A stretch of DNA of 64,000 nt from Dehalococcoidia bacterium (GCA_965242675.1 CBDESW010000039.1:20122-84121), one strand, 5' to 3'. Numbered from the stretch's first letter, positions 28,103 to 36,816 are shown. Made by a program: numbers and translations. Notes: generated from the sequence alone by a model not told the origin.

Positions 28103-28175
28103 AGCCACTGACCACTAGCCACTAATCACTGACCACTAGCCACTGGCAACTAGCCACTGCCAACTGGCCGCTACC
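28103..28175. repeat. Short-period (6-7 nt) low-complexity repeat CCACT(R)(R) directly 3' of the groEL stop
   Basis: agccactgaccactagccactaatcactgaccactagccactggcaactagccactgccaactggccgct. Confidence 0.8.
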
Positions 28176-28177
28176 CC

Positions 28178-29779
28178 CTAATCGTCATACGGCGCGGGCA
28201 GTTTCATCGGGTTCAGCTCGGTGATTAGCGATTCGGTGGTCAGCACCATGCCGGCGACGCTGGCGGCGTTTTCCAGCGCCGCGCGCGTCACTTTCGCCGG
28301 GTCGACTATGCCCAGGTCGAACATGTCGCCGTAGCTTTCCGTCTCGGCGTCGAAGCCGAACTCGCCGCCGCCCGCTCGGACTCGGTGCAGGACGACCTCG
28401 CCCGACAAGCCCGCGTTGGAGGATATGACTTTCACCGGCTCTTCCGCCGCTCGGAGCGCCAGGTTGACGCCGGCGGCTTCGTCGCCTTGCGATTCTATCT
28501 TGGACACCGCCCGCTGCGCCGCGCGGAGCATCGCCGTGCCGCCGCCGGGGACTATGCCCTCTTCCATCGCCGCGCGGGACGCCGAGAGCGCGTCCTCGAG
28601 GCGCTGCTTCTTCTCGCGCAGCTCGATTTCGGTCGCCGCGCCCACGCGCAGAACCGAGACGCCGCCCGACAGCTTCGCCGCGCGCTCCTGCAACTTCTCG
28701 CGGTCGTAGTCCGACGTGGTGTCCTCCGCCTGCGCGAGTATCTGCGACACGCGGGACTGGATGGCGTCTTCCGCGCCGCCGCCGTCCACGAAGGTGGTGT
28801 TGTCCTTGTCGGCGATGACCCGCCGGCAGCGCCCCAGGTCGGCTACCGTGACGGACTGCAGGTCGCGCCCCGTTTCCTCGCTGATGACCTGGCAGCCGAA
28901 CAGGATGGACATGTCCTCCAGAATCGCCTTGCGGCGGTCGCCGAACGCGGGCGCTTTCATGGCGACGCAGTTCAGAACCCCGCGCAACTTGTTCACCACC
29001 AGCGTGGCGAGCGCCTCGCCGTCCACATCCTCCGCTATCAGCACGAAGTCTTTGGACACCTGCGAAACCTGCTCCAAGACGGGCAGAAGGTCGCCCACCG
29101 CCGACACTTTGGCGGACGTCACCAGAATGTAGGGGTTCTCCACTTCCGCTATCATCCTGTCCTGATTCGTGGCGAAATAGGGCGACAGGTAGCCTCTGTC
29201 GACCTGCATCCCCTCGACGTAGTCCACTTCGTAGTCGAGCCCCTTGGACTCTTCCACCGTCACGACGCCGTTCGCCCCGACCTTGTCGAGGACGTCGGCG
29301 ATGAGCTCGCCCATCTCCGGGTCGTGCGCCGAGAGGACGGCGACTTGGCGGATGCGGTCTTTGTCGCCGACGGGCTGGGACATGCCGCGGATTTCTTCGC
29401 GCATCCCCGAAACCGCCTTCTCGATGCCGCGCTTGACGGACATCGGATTGGCGCCCGCCGCGAGTATCCTGAAGCCGTCCCGAATCATCGCCTGCGCGAC
29501 GACGGTGGACGTGGTGGTTCCGTCGCCCACGTCGTCGTTGGTCTTGCTGGACGCCTCTTTGAGCAGCTGCGCGCCCATGTTGGGGAAGGGCTCTTTGAGC
29601 TCGACCTCTTTGGCGATGGTCACGCCGTCGCTGCACACGTGGGGGGGTCCGAACTCTTTGTCCAGCACCACGTTTCTGCCGCCGGGGCCGAGCGTGACCC
29701 CGACCGCCGCCGCCAGCGTGTCTATGCCCGACATAAGTTGCTGCCGGGCGTCCGCGTCGAATTGAAACTGCTTAGCCAT
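28178..29779 (-). CDS. groEL: Chaperonin GroEL (60 kDa), no adjacent groES
   Basis: ATG at 29779 within ORF 28178..30034. MAKQFQFDADARQQLMSGIDTLAAAVGVTLGPGGRNVVLDK..DGVTIAKEVEL..VGDGTTTSTVVAQ.. The C-terminus ends ..PAPYDD, with no GGM repeats. Confidence 0.95.
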   Translation of the reverse strand: MAKQFQFDADARQQLMSGIDTLAAAVGVTLGPGGRNVVLDKEFGPPHVCSDGVTIAKEVELKEPFPNMGAQLLKEASSKTNDDVGDGTTTSTVVAQAMIRDGFRILAAGANPMSVKRGIEKAVSGMREEIRGMSQPVGDKDRIRQVAVLSAHDPEMGELIADVLDKVGANGVVTVEESKGLDYEVDYVEGMQVDRGYLSPYFATNQDRMIAEVENPYILVTSAKVSAVGDLLPVLEQVSQVSKDFVLIAEDVDGEALATLVVNKLRGVLNCVAMKAPAFGDRRKAILEDMSILFGCQVISEETGRDLQSVTVADLGRCRRVIADKDNTTFVDGGGAEDAIQSRVSQILAQAEDTTSDYDREKLQERAAKLSGGVSVLRVGAATEIELREKKQRLEDALSASRAAMEEGIVPGGGTAMLRAAQRAVSKIESQGDEAAGVNLALRAAEEPVKVISSNAGLSGEVVLHRVRAGGGEFGFDAETESYGDMFDLGIVDPAKVTRAALENAASVAGMVLTTESLITELNPMKLPAPYDD

Positions 29780-29912
29780 TTTTGCGCTCGCTCCGCTTTG
29801 ATTTGCGCGTCCGAATGAACCGAACAATGCGTTTGGCTTTATTTTAGCGCATCGGGGCGGCGCTGTTACAGTGGGGGCGGGAAAGGCAATCGTGCGGGCG
29901 CGTCCGGGCGCG

Positions 29913-29950
29913 AAAAGACCGCCCTTCCGCATGTCGCGGGAAGGGCGGTC
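29913..29950 (-). terminator. Putative rho-independent terminator after small-peptide gene 1
   Basis: On the minus strand, gaccgcccttcc-cgcgacatgc-ggaagggcggtc is followed by TTTT. Confidence 0.5.
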
Positions 29951-29985
29951 TGGGTTTGATTGGGGCGGGTTCGCTCGCCGCTCGG

Positions 29986-30345
29986 CTAATGGCCGCAGAC
30001 GCGCTGGAACAGCCAAGGGTCCTGCCAGGGCCAAACGCCGTAGATGAGGGGGAAGGACTGGCGGCAGTCGTCGTCGAGGAAGTCCTCGCTCGCCTGCGCC
30101 TGCCCCGCGTCCATCGAATCCAACGCCATGAATGCCCAGCCGAGGGGTCCGAAGATTATGGGGTCCCTGATGTCGCCGTACCAGGGGCGATGCGGTCGCG
30201 GCTCCGACAGCCAGCCCTGCGCGGGCTCCGCCGCCTCAGTGACGGCGGGGACGGCAAAGGCGGCGATTCCGATGACTAGGGCGGCGGCTACGACGGCGAG
30301 TTTCGCGGCGCGGGCGCGGGCGGCTAGATTGAGCAGAGCGGTCAC
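29986..30345 (-). CDS. Small secreted/membrane peptide, leader-conserved family, member 1 (119 aa)
   Basis: GTG 30345 behind AAGGAGA. The VTALLNLAARARAAKLAVVAAALVIGIAAFAVPAVTEA leader is followed by a Trp-rich, 2-Cys C-terminal region. Confidence 0.55.
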   Translation of the reverse strand: MTALLNLAARARAAKLAVVAAALVIGIAAFAVPAVTEAAEPAQGWLSEPRPHRPWYGDIRDPIIFGPLGWAFMALDSMDAGQAQASEDFLDDDCRQSFPLIYGVWPWQDPWLFQRVCGH

Positions 30346-30604
30346 TGGTTTCGTCTCCTTGCGGCGGTTTCGCCGTTTGATATTTTGATTTGCATATAGA
30401 ATATCATATATCAACGGACAAGCGCAACCCCTGTTTCAGGGAGATTCGGGGGGATTCTCAAATTCGCCGAAAATCGGCAGGGGCTTTGCCGGAATCAGGA
30501 TTTTCTTTCCCCAGCGCGCGTTTTCGAGGGGAAGCCGTCGCCGCGCGAAACGAAATCCTGAAAATCCCGCCAATCCTATAAATCCTGATTCCGGCGAAGA
30601 CGCG

Positions 30605-30639
30605 AAAAGACCGCCCGCCGCATGTCGCGGGGGGCGGTC
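30605..30639 (-). terminator. Putative rho-independent terminator after small-peptide gene 2
   Basis: On the minus strand, gaccgcccc..cgacatgcggcgggcggtc is followed by TTTT. Paralogous to 29913-29950. Confidence 0.45.
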
Positions 30640-30673
30640 TCGATTCGGTTGGGCGGGTTCATTCGCCGCGCGG

Positions 30674-30916
30674 CTAGCAGAGCGTCCTCTCAAGGGCGCC
30701 TCCGGTCATCAGGTCTATCAGCCAGCCGAAGAACCCCATGAAGATGATGGAGCAGACGGGGGTGTTTTCGGACGCTCCGGCGGCTGCCTGCCCCGCGCCC
30801 GCCGCCTCCGTTACGGCGGGGACGCCGAAGGCGACGATTCCGATTACGAGCGCGGCGGCTATGACGGCGAGCCTTCCAACGCGGACGCATGCGGCTAGAT
30901 TGAGTAGAGCGGTCAT
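30674..30916 (-). CDS. Small secreted/membrane peptide, leader-conserved family, member 2 (80 aa)
   Basis: The MTALLNLAACVRVGRLAVIAAALVIGIVAFGVPAVTEA leader is followed by AGAGQAAAGASEN and a hydrophobic 2-Cys tail. RBS is GGGAGA. Confidence 0.55.
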   Translation of the reverse strand: MTALLNLAACVRVGRLAVIAAALVIGIVAFGVPAVTEAAGAGQAAAGASENTPVCSIIFMGFFGWLIDLMTGGALERTLC

Positions 30917-31004
30917 TGTTTCATCTCCCTTTCCGGCGGTTTCGCGCCGTTTGATGTTTTGATTTCGGGTTTTCGAGCGTTTGGCTGTCGGTTCGGCGTT
31001 CGGC

Positions 31005-31247
31005 TTACATGACCGCGCCGGCGACTGCGCCGGCGGCGGCGGACGCCGCGAATATGATGCCGAACAGCAGGAGCAGGAAGGTGAAGAGTTCGTTTTCGGA
31101 CGCTCCGGCGGTCTGCGCTCCGCTTCCGGCGGCTTCGGCGGCGGCGGGCGCGCCGAGGGCGATTATGCCGATGACGATGGCGGCGGCTATGACGGCGAGC
31201 CTTCCAACGCGGGGATCGGCGGCGGCTAGATTGAACATCGTGGTCAT
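31005..31247 (-). CDS. Small secreted/membrane peptide, leader-conserved family, member 3 (80 aa)
   Basis: ATG 31247 behind GAGGAGA. The MTTMFNLAAADPRVGRLAVIAAAIVIGIIALGAPAAAEA leader is followed by AGSGAQTAGASEN and a hydrophobic tail. Confidence 0.5.
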   Translation of the reverse strand: MTTMFNLAAADPRVGRLAVIAAAIVIGIIALGAPAAAEAAGSGAQTAGASENELFTFLLLLFGIIFAASAAAGAVAGAVM

Positions 31248-31580
31248 TGGTTTCGTCTCCTCGCGGCGGTTTCGCCGGTTGATATTTGTAACTTGGATAT
31301 ACAATATCATGCGCGAAGTATCGAGCGCAAGCCCTAAATCAGGGAATTCGGGGCGAATTTGGGACTGATTTGGGCGAATTCGCCGAATTCGGGGGCGATT
31401 TTCGGTTTCGGGGCTGTTTCCGCCCCGCGAGGGATGCGGGAAAGCCCACCCCCAACCGAGACCGAGCGCGAAAGCGGGAATCCGCGGGGGACGCCGCCGC
31501 CGGCTCTCATCGCTCGCTACTATCCGGCTTCGCGCCCCCTAGCCCCAACCCGCCGCGCCCACTATAATAAAAGACACGGC

Positions 31581-31665
31581 GGGGAAGTGTCGGAATTGGC
31601 AGACGAGCATGACTTAGGATCATGTGCCTTAGGGCGTCCGGGTTCGAATCCCGGCTTCCCCACCA
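31581..31665 (+). tRNA. tRNA-Leu (anticodon TAG), class II with a long variable arm, CCA encoded
   Basis: Manual fold: acceptor ggggaag/cttcccc, D stem tcg/cga, anticodon stem catga/tcatg with loop cTTAGga, variable arm tgccttagggcgt, T arm ccggg-ttcgaat-cccgg, then A-CCA. Confidence 0.9.
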
Positions 31666-31725
31666 CCGCGCCTAGCCCGCCGCGCGCGGCATGATCGCGG
31701 CACGATATAGAGAGAGGATTCCGCC

Positions 31726-32424
31726 ATGGCGACCGACCGAGCGCCCGCGCCCGCCGACCTGGACGAGCTGTATTCGCCGCCGGAGTACGTCGCCGCCGCG
31801 CGCGCCGCGATGGGCGGCATCGAGCTGGATCCGGCGTCCTGCGCCGCCGCCAACCGAGTGGTCCGCGCCGAGCGCTACTACGCCAAAGCGGACGCCGGCG
31901 AAACGCGCGACTGGCGCGCCGAAACCGTCTGGCTAAGCCCGCCGCGCAGGGAGGGGGTTATCGACAAATTCGTCTGGCGCATGGCGGCGGACTACGAAGC
32001 GGGCGTCTTCGGGCAGGGGATAGCGCTGGTGGACGCCTCCACAGGATCCGACTGGTTCCAAACGCTCGGCGCGAGCGCGGACGCCATCATCTTCCCGCCC
32101 AACCGCGCCCATTTCTGGCGCGCGGACGCCAACGGCGAAAAGACGCAATCCGAGACGCTCGGCGGACACGCCCTCATCTACTTCGGCGACGCCCCAGAGC
32201 GCTTTCTAGCCGTGATGCGAAATAACGTAGGCGGCTTCGGCTATCAAGGGAACCCGGCGACGTTGGGCGCGCCCGGACGCCTGCCCGCCGCGAATCGCGC
32301 CCCCAAAACCGCGCTGAAAGAGGGCGAGCAAACATTCGTCGAGTGCTGGCGCGGCAAGTTCAGCCCCGCCGAGCGCGACGACGACTCCAGATACCTCGCC
32401 CTAGCCCGAAAGTATCTGACATGA
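31726..32424 (+). CDS. Phage-type Dam-like (N6-adenine methyltransferase fold) protein with SPPR in place of (D/N)PPY and a C-terminal extension
   Basis: ..LYSPPEYV..IELDPASC..DW..VWLSPPR..STGSDWF..NRAHFW.. is collinear with the PF05869-type Dam motifs as I remember them. The stop overlaps the vapC start (ATGA). Confidence 0.5.
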   Translation: MATDRAPAPADLDELYSPPEYVAAARAAMGGIELDPASCAAANRVVRAERYYAKADAGETRDWRAETVWLSPPRREGVIDKFVWRMAADYEAGVFGQGIALVDASTGSDWFQTLGASADAIIFPPNRAHFWRADANGEKTQSETLGGHALIYFGDAPERFLAVMRNNVGGFGYQGNPATLGAPGRLPAANRAPKTALKEGEQTFVECWRGKFSPAERDDDSRYLALARKYLT

Positions 32425-32831
32425 TGCTTCTGGATACGGACGTCCTGATAGACGTCGCCCTAGACAGGCGCCCCCATTCCGACGCCTCGTCGGATATTCT
32501 TGAATGGGTTGAGAGCGGCGGCGAGAGCGCCTGCGTCGCGTGGCATACGGTTTCCAACTTCCACTACATGGTCAATCGAGAGCTCGGCGGAGATTCCGCG
32601 CTCGGATTCATACTTGACCTGACGCGCTTCGTGTCAGTGTCGGCGACTGATACCGAATCCGTCCGCTACGCCGCGCGGCTTCCCATGCCGGATTTCGAGG
32701 ACGCCATGCAAGTCGCCGCCGCCCGCGCCTGCGGCGCTCGGCTTATAATCACGCGGAACATCGCCGACTACCGCCAATCGCCGATACCCGCCATCACGCC
32801 CGCCCAAGCGCTTGACGGAATCGCGGGATGA
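32421..32831 (+). CDS. vapC: PIN-domain toxin (VapC family)
   Basis: MMLLDTDVLIDVAL..(D)..FEDAMQVAAA..LIITRNIADY has the PIN acidic residues in canonical positions. Confidence 0.8.
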   Translation: MMLLDTDVLIDVALDRRPHSDASSDILEWVESGGESACVAWHTVSNFHYMVNRELGGDSALGFILDLTRFVSVSATDTESVRYAARLPMPDFEDAMQVAAARACGARLIITRNIADYRQSPIPAITPAQALDGIAG

Positions 32832-32835
32832 ATCT

Positions 32836-33633
32836 ATGAACGGAGAACAACCCAACCCCATGACCAAAAACCGCTTCCTCCCCGGCGTTCCCGCCCGTTT
32901 GGTTGAAGAGATGCTGAACGCGGGCGCCGGAAACGAAATAGCCAGCGGCAAGTTCGACAGCGCCGAATCGTCCGCCGCGCTGTCCGCCAACGCTTTCGGA
33001 TTCTTCATGGAGCGCCCCGCCGACATGCCGCCGATTCCCGGACGCGCCGCGGAGACGGCTTCGCCCGCCGTCTCCGTCGCGCTCGAAAAGCAGGTCAACT
33101 TCCCGTGGCGCGGCGGACGGCATCCCGTCTTGGACGTCCTCATAACCGCGCCTTCCGCGCTCGTCGGCGTCGAATCCAAGCGTTTCGAGCCGTTCCGAGA
33201 TACGCCCAAAGCCAAGTTCTCCGACGCCTTTTGGCGTCCCAAGTGGGGCGAGAGCATGGACGGTTTCCAATCCGTCCGCGACGCGCTGGCCGCCGACCCG
33301 GACATGTACGCCCATCTGAAAGCCGACCAGCTCGTGAAACACGCGCTCGCCCTGCGCGCGCAGGTCAACCGCCCAAGCCACTTGGGGCTGACGCCGGTTC
33401 TCGCGTATCTATACGCGGAGCCGGACATTCTGCCCAACTCCGGCAAGCCGGCGCTCGAAAGCGCCCGCGCCGCGCATCGGAGCGAAATCGCCGACTTCGC
33501 CAGCCGAACGGCGGACGACGAAGTTCGCTTCGTCCCATGCCCGTACCGCGCCCTGCTCGCCGCGTGGGGCGGACGCCGAGCGCCCGGCGTCCGCGACCAC
33601 GCCGCCGCCGTCGCCCGGCGATTCAACCCGTAA
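32836..33633 (+). CDS. Hypothetical protein with a PD-(D/E)XK-like motif (possible restriction-endonuclease fold)
   Basis: ORF 32812..33633, ATG at 32836. SSAALSANAFGFF..HPVLDVLITAPSALVGVESKRFEP gives a D-x13-E-x-K pattern. Confidence 0.4.
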   Translation: MNGEQPNPMTKNRFLPGVPARLVEEMLNAGAGNEIASGKFDSAESSAALSANAFGFFMERPADMPPIPGRAAETASPAVSVALEKQVNFPWRGGRHPVLDVLITAPSALVGVESKRFEPFRDTPKAKFSDAFWRPKWGESMDGFQSVRDALAADPDMYAHLKADQLVKHALALRAQVNRPSHLGLTPVLAYLYAEPDILPNSGKPALESARAAHRSEIADFASRTADDEVRFVPCPYRALLAAWGGRRAPGVRDHAAAVARRFNP

Positions 33634-33687
33634 ACCCGCCGCCGGCAAACCGACCGCAACCCTTTATATAAGGAAGGAAAACCCTCC

Positions 33688-34827
33688 ATGAAAATCACCG
33701 GCATCAAGACCAACATTTTCTCGTCCCAGCACCGCAACGCCAAGCGCAACTGGCTCATCCTGCGGTTGCAGACCGATGAGGGATTGGAGGGCATCGGCGA
33801 GGCGTCCATGCTCTCTTACGACCCGCTCGTGGCGCGGCTGCTGGAGGAGTGGACGGAGCGCTACCTAGTCGGCAAAGACCCGATGGCGCGCGAGCTGCAT
33901 TGGATGCGGATGCACCAGGACAACCTCGGACGCGGCGGGCGGCTGTTCTCGACCGCCCTTTCGGGGGTGGACATCGCGCTGTGGGACCTCGCGGGGAAGG
34001 CGCTCGGCGTCCCCGTTCACGCGCTCTTGGGCGGGCCCATCCGCGACAAAATCCGCGTGTACGCCAACGGCTGGTACACGAATCCGGGAACGCCCGCCCA
34101 GAACGCGGAGGAAGCCCTGCGCGTGGTCGAGATGGGCTACGACGCCATGAAGTTCGACCCGTTCGGGCAGCATAACTACTACACGATTTCGCCGTCGGAG
34201 GCGCGGCTCGCCGAAGAGCGCGTCGCCGCCGTGCGCGAAGCGGTGGGGCCCGACGTCGAGATTCTGGTGGAAGTCCACGCCAAATTCAGCGTCGCCGCCG
34301 CCGTCCACTTGGGCAGGCGTCTCGAACAGTACCGCCCGTTCTGGTTCGAGGAGCCGACTTCGCAGGAAAACGTCTCCGAAATGGCGCAGGTTCGCCAGAA
34401 GGTGAACATACCCATCGCCACCGGCGAGCGCCTGTATCTCAAGTTCCCCTTCTACGAGCTGGTGGCGGCGGACGCGGTGGACATACTCCAGCCGGACATG
34501 TGCAACGCGGGCGGCATCACCGAGTTGCGGAAAATCGCCGCCATAGCGGAGCCGAGGCATGTCCTCATGGCGCCGCACAACACCAACTCCGCCGTCGGCA
34601 CGGTCGCCAGCATGCATCTGGACGCCGCCACGCCCAACTTCCTAATCCAGGAATACCACGCCGAGTTTTACGAGCCGCACTACTTCGACATATTCCCCGG
34701 CTTCCCCCGCCAGCGGAACGGATACGTCGACCTGCCGCAAGGGCCGGGGCTGGGCGTGGAGTTCGACGAAGTCCTGGCGAACAAGCATCCCTACCTGCCG
34801 CTGGGACATTCGGAGCGGGGGATTTAG
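33688..34827 (+). CDS. Enolase-superfamily enzyme (mandelate racemase / D-galactonate dehydratase-like)
   Basis: 379-aa ORF. MKITGIKT..GLEGIGEAS..ALSGVDIALWDLAGKALGVPV..LLGG..FEEP..IATGE..QPD.. are MR/MLE family motifs. Confidence 0.8.
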   Translation: MKITGIKTNIFSSQHRNAKRNWLILRLQTDEGLEGIGEASMLSYDPLVARLLEEWTERYLVGKDPMARELHWMRMHQDNLGRGGRLFSTALSGVDIALWDLAGKALGVPVHALLGGPIRDKIRVYANGWYTNPGTPAQNAEEALRVVEMGYDAMKFDPFGQHNYYTISPSEARLAEERVAAVREAVGPDVEILVEVHAKFSVAAAVHLGRRLEQYRPFWFEEPTSQENVSEMAQVRQKVNIPIATGERLYLKFPFYELVAADAVDILQPDMCNAGGITELRKIAAIAEPRHVLMAPHNTNSAVGTVASMHLDAATPNFLIQEYHAEFYEPHYFDIFPGFPRQRNGYVDLPQGPGLGVEFDEVLANKHPYLPLGHSERGI

Positions 34828-34952
34828 CGGGCGTTCGGCGGCGCCCCGCCTTGAATTTCGTCCGCGCCTATCCCTTAGAATAAGCGCGGACATTTTCAGA
34901 CAATCGTCCGCGCTAACCCAACCGCCTTCCGACGCCTAGGAGACTCCATATC

Positions 34953-35609
34953 TTGAACAGCCAAACCGCCGCGCGCGGGTCCGGGATACTGACCGTCATA
35001 ACCGCCGCGGCGATCATCGTCGGCTTGTTCGCCCGCGTCGCGGCGGGCGCGGACGGCCACGAAACCATGCGCGAAACCATGCAAGCCATCGCCGACAACC
35101 GCGCGCCCTACGCCATCTACGGCGCGCTCACCCTGCTGTCGGGAATCGCCATGATGGGCGCGGCTTGGCTCATCGCCTCCGCCGCCGCCTTCCGAGCGCT
35201 GACCGCGCTCCCCATAGTCCCGCTCATCTTCGGAGTCGCGGGCGCGATATACATTCTGTCCGGCGCGTCCGCCGTATTCTTGGCGTCCATCGCCCCGGAC
35301 ATGGCTCAAGGCGGCATGGCGTCCCAAATCAGGGAAATATCCGCCACGCTCGCCTTCATCGTCTCCGGCTGGGGGCTGATGGCGTCCGGGTTCCACCAGT
35401 GGAAAGCGGGGCGGCCCCTGCGGTTCATAGCCCCCGCCTCGGTCGCAATCGGCGCGCTGATGCAGATAATGTTCATCCGCCTGCTGACCGGCGACGGGAT
35501 AGCCTTCTACGACCAGATAGTCGGGTTGCTGTTCGTGATATGGCTGTTCATCGCGGGCTTCACGCTGGCGTTCGTTTCGACCGACCGGCTGAGCGGCGGG
35601 GATAGGTAG
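34953..35609 (+). CDS. Hypothetical multi-pass membrane protein
   Basis: 218-aa ORF (TTG start as listed) with 6-7 hydrophobic segments. No recognisable family. Confidence 0.45.
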   Translation: MNSQTAARGSGILTVITAAAIIVGLFARVAAGADGHETMRETMQAIADNRAPYAIYGALTLLSGIAMMGAAWLIASAAAFRALTALPIVPLIFGVAGAIYILSGASAVFLASIAPDMAQGGMASQIREISATLAFIVSGWGLMASGFHQWKAGRPLRFIAPASVAIGALMQIMFIRLLTGDGIAFYDQIVGLLFVIWLFIAGFTLAFVSTDRLSGGDR

Positions 35610-35661
35610 AGACTGCGCCTAGCGTCCTTGCCGTTTCCGCGCCGCCATTCCCCTGTTTCTA

Positions 35662-35693
35662 CCCCGTCATTCCCGCGAAGGCGGGAATCCAGA
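35662..35693. repeat. Solo D module (inverted orientation)
   Basis: ccccgtcattcccgcgaaggcgggaatccaga. Confidence 0.85.
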
Positions 35694-35769
35694 AGGGCGC
35701 GACGACCACTCGCCGACATCTGATAAAATTGATACAGGTAGCTGGCGCGGGGCCGTCCGCGCGCGGAAA

Positions 35770-36255
35770 ATGGGAGTTGATGAAATGGCAAACCGCTCAT
35801 TCGATGAAGTGGTATGCAAGATGCCTGAATACTTGCAAACCTTGAAAAGCCGAGAGTTCTCGCCCGACATCAGTGGGAACCTCCCTTTAGGGTTGCGCAA
35901 CGCGCCGGGCATCTACTGTTTCTACGAAAACGGCAAGCCGCTCTACGTGGGCAGGTCGCAGACCGTTAGGAGCAGAGTCCTAGAGCATCGCAGACTAAGC
36001 GGCGACCACTACACGTCGTCTTTCGCCTTCAACATCGCCAAGAAAGAGTTTGGCTTGGACAGGGCGCGCGGCATGATGAGGCGCGAGTTGGAAAAGGACC
36101 CTGAATTCGCCGCGCTCTTTGACGCCGCCAAAGCGCGCGTCCGAAGAATGTCCGTCCGATTCGTAGAGATTCACGACCCCATTGAGCAGACCATCTTTGA
36201 GGTGTGCGCCCATGTGGAGTTGGGGACGGAGTTCAACGACTTCGACACTCACTAG
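35770..36255 (+). CDS. GIY-YIG nuclease domain protein
   Basis: PGIYCFYENGKPLYVGRSQTVRSRVLEHRR (GIY..YVG..R..H), then a later ..EQTIFEV.. Glu and ..FND.. Flanked on both sides by interspersed repeats. Confidence 0.7.
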   Translation: MGVDEMANRSFDEVVCKMPEYLQTLKSREFSPDISGNLPLGLRNAPGIYCFYENGKPLYVGRSQTVRSRVLEHRRLSGDHYTSSFAFNIAKKEFGLDRARGMMRRELEKDPEFAALFDAAKARVRRMSVRFVEIHDPIEQTIFEVCAHVELGTEFNDFDTH

Positions 36256-36285
36256 GGCGCGCCGGCATGTCGAGGTCTGGCGAAA

Positions 36286-36816
36286 CTGCGCCTAGCGGCG
36301 CAGACACCCTCAACCCAGCCTTCTCCCATCAAGGGAGAAGGGACACGTTGGCTGGGATTTGGGATTGGTTGCTAGTGGCTATCTTGTCCCCGCTTTCGCG
36401 AGGATGACGTTGTTGGTCGACTCTGGATTCCCGCCTTCGCGGGAATGACGGGGGCGGGGCACGTAAGCGGCGAAAAGCGTCCAATCCGCGCCTAAATCCG
36501 CCGAACATGCCCCTGTTGTTAGACCATCAATGGAGACGGGACACGTTGGCTGGGATTGGTTGCTAATGGCTATCTCGGTTGTCAAACTCTGGATTCCCGC
36601 CTTCGCGGGAATGACGGGGCGGGACGACGGGGAAGTGGCGGAAATAGTCCAATCCGCGCCTAAATCCGCCGAACATATCCCTGCAAGCCCATCAAGAGAG
36701 AAGGGATTTATCGTTCGCGATTCGGGCTTGGTTCCGAGCGGCTGGCTTGTCCCCGCTTTCGCGAGGATGACGTTGTTGGTCGACTCTGGATTCCCGCCTT
36801 CGCGGGAATGACGGGG
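36286..36816. repeat. Three consecutive composite copies of the modular repeat family
   Basis: D modules lie at ~36421-36452, ~36587-36618 and ~36785-36816, each preceded by A/E/B/C-type modules. Confidence 0.9.

Noticed and set aside
29780-29985. A hidden groES upstream of groEL.
   Set aside because: There is no ORF of suitable size or composition. The region contains a terminator-like hairpin belonging to the neighbouring peptide gene.
31666-33640. An integrase or a duplicated tRNA 3' end that would define a classical genomic island at tRNA-Leu.
   Set aside because: There is no integrase/recombinase-like ORF, and I noticed no copy of the tRNA 3' segment downstream. The module is reported only as a tRNA-adjacent islet.
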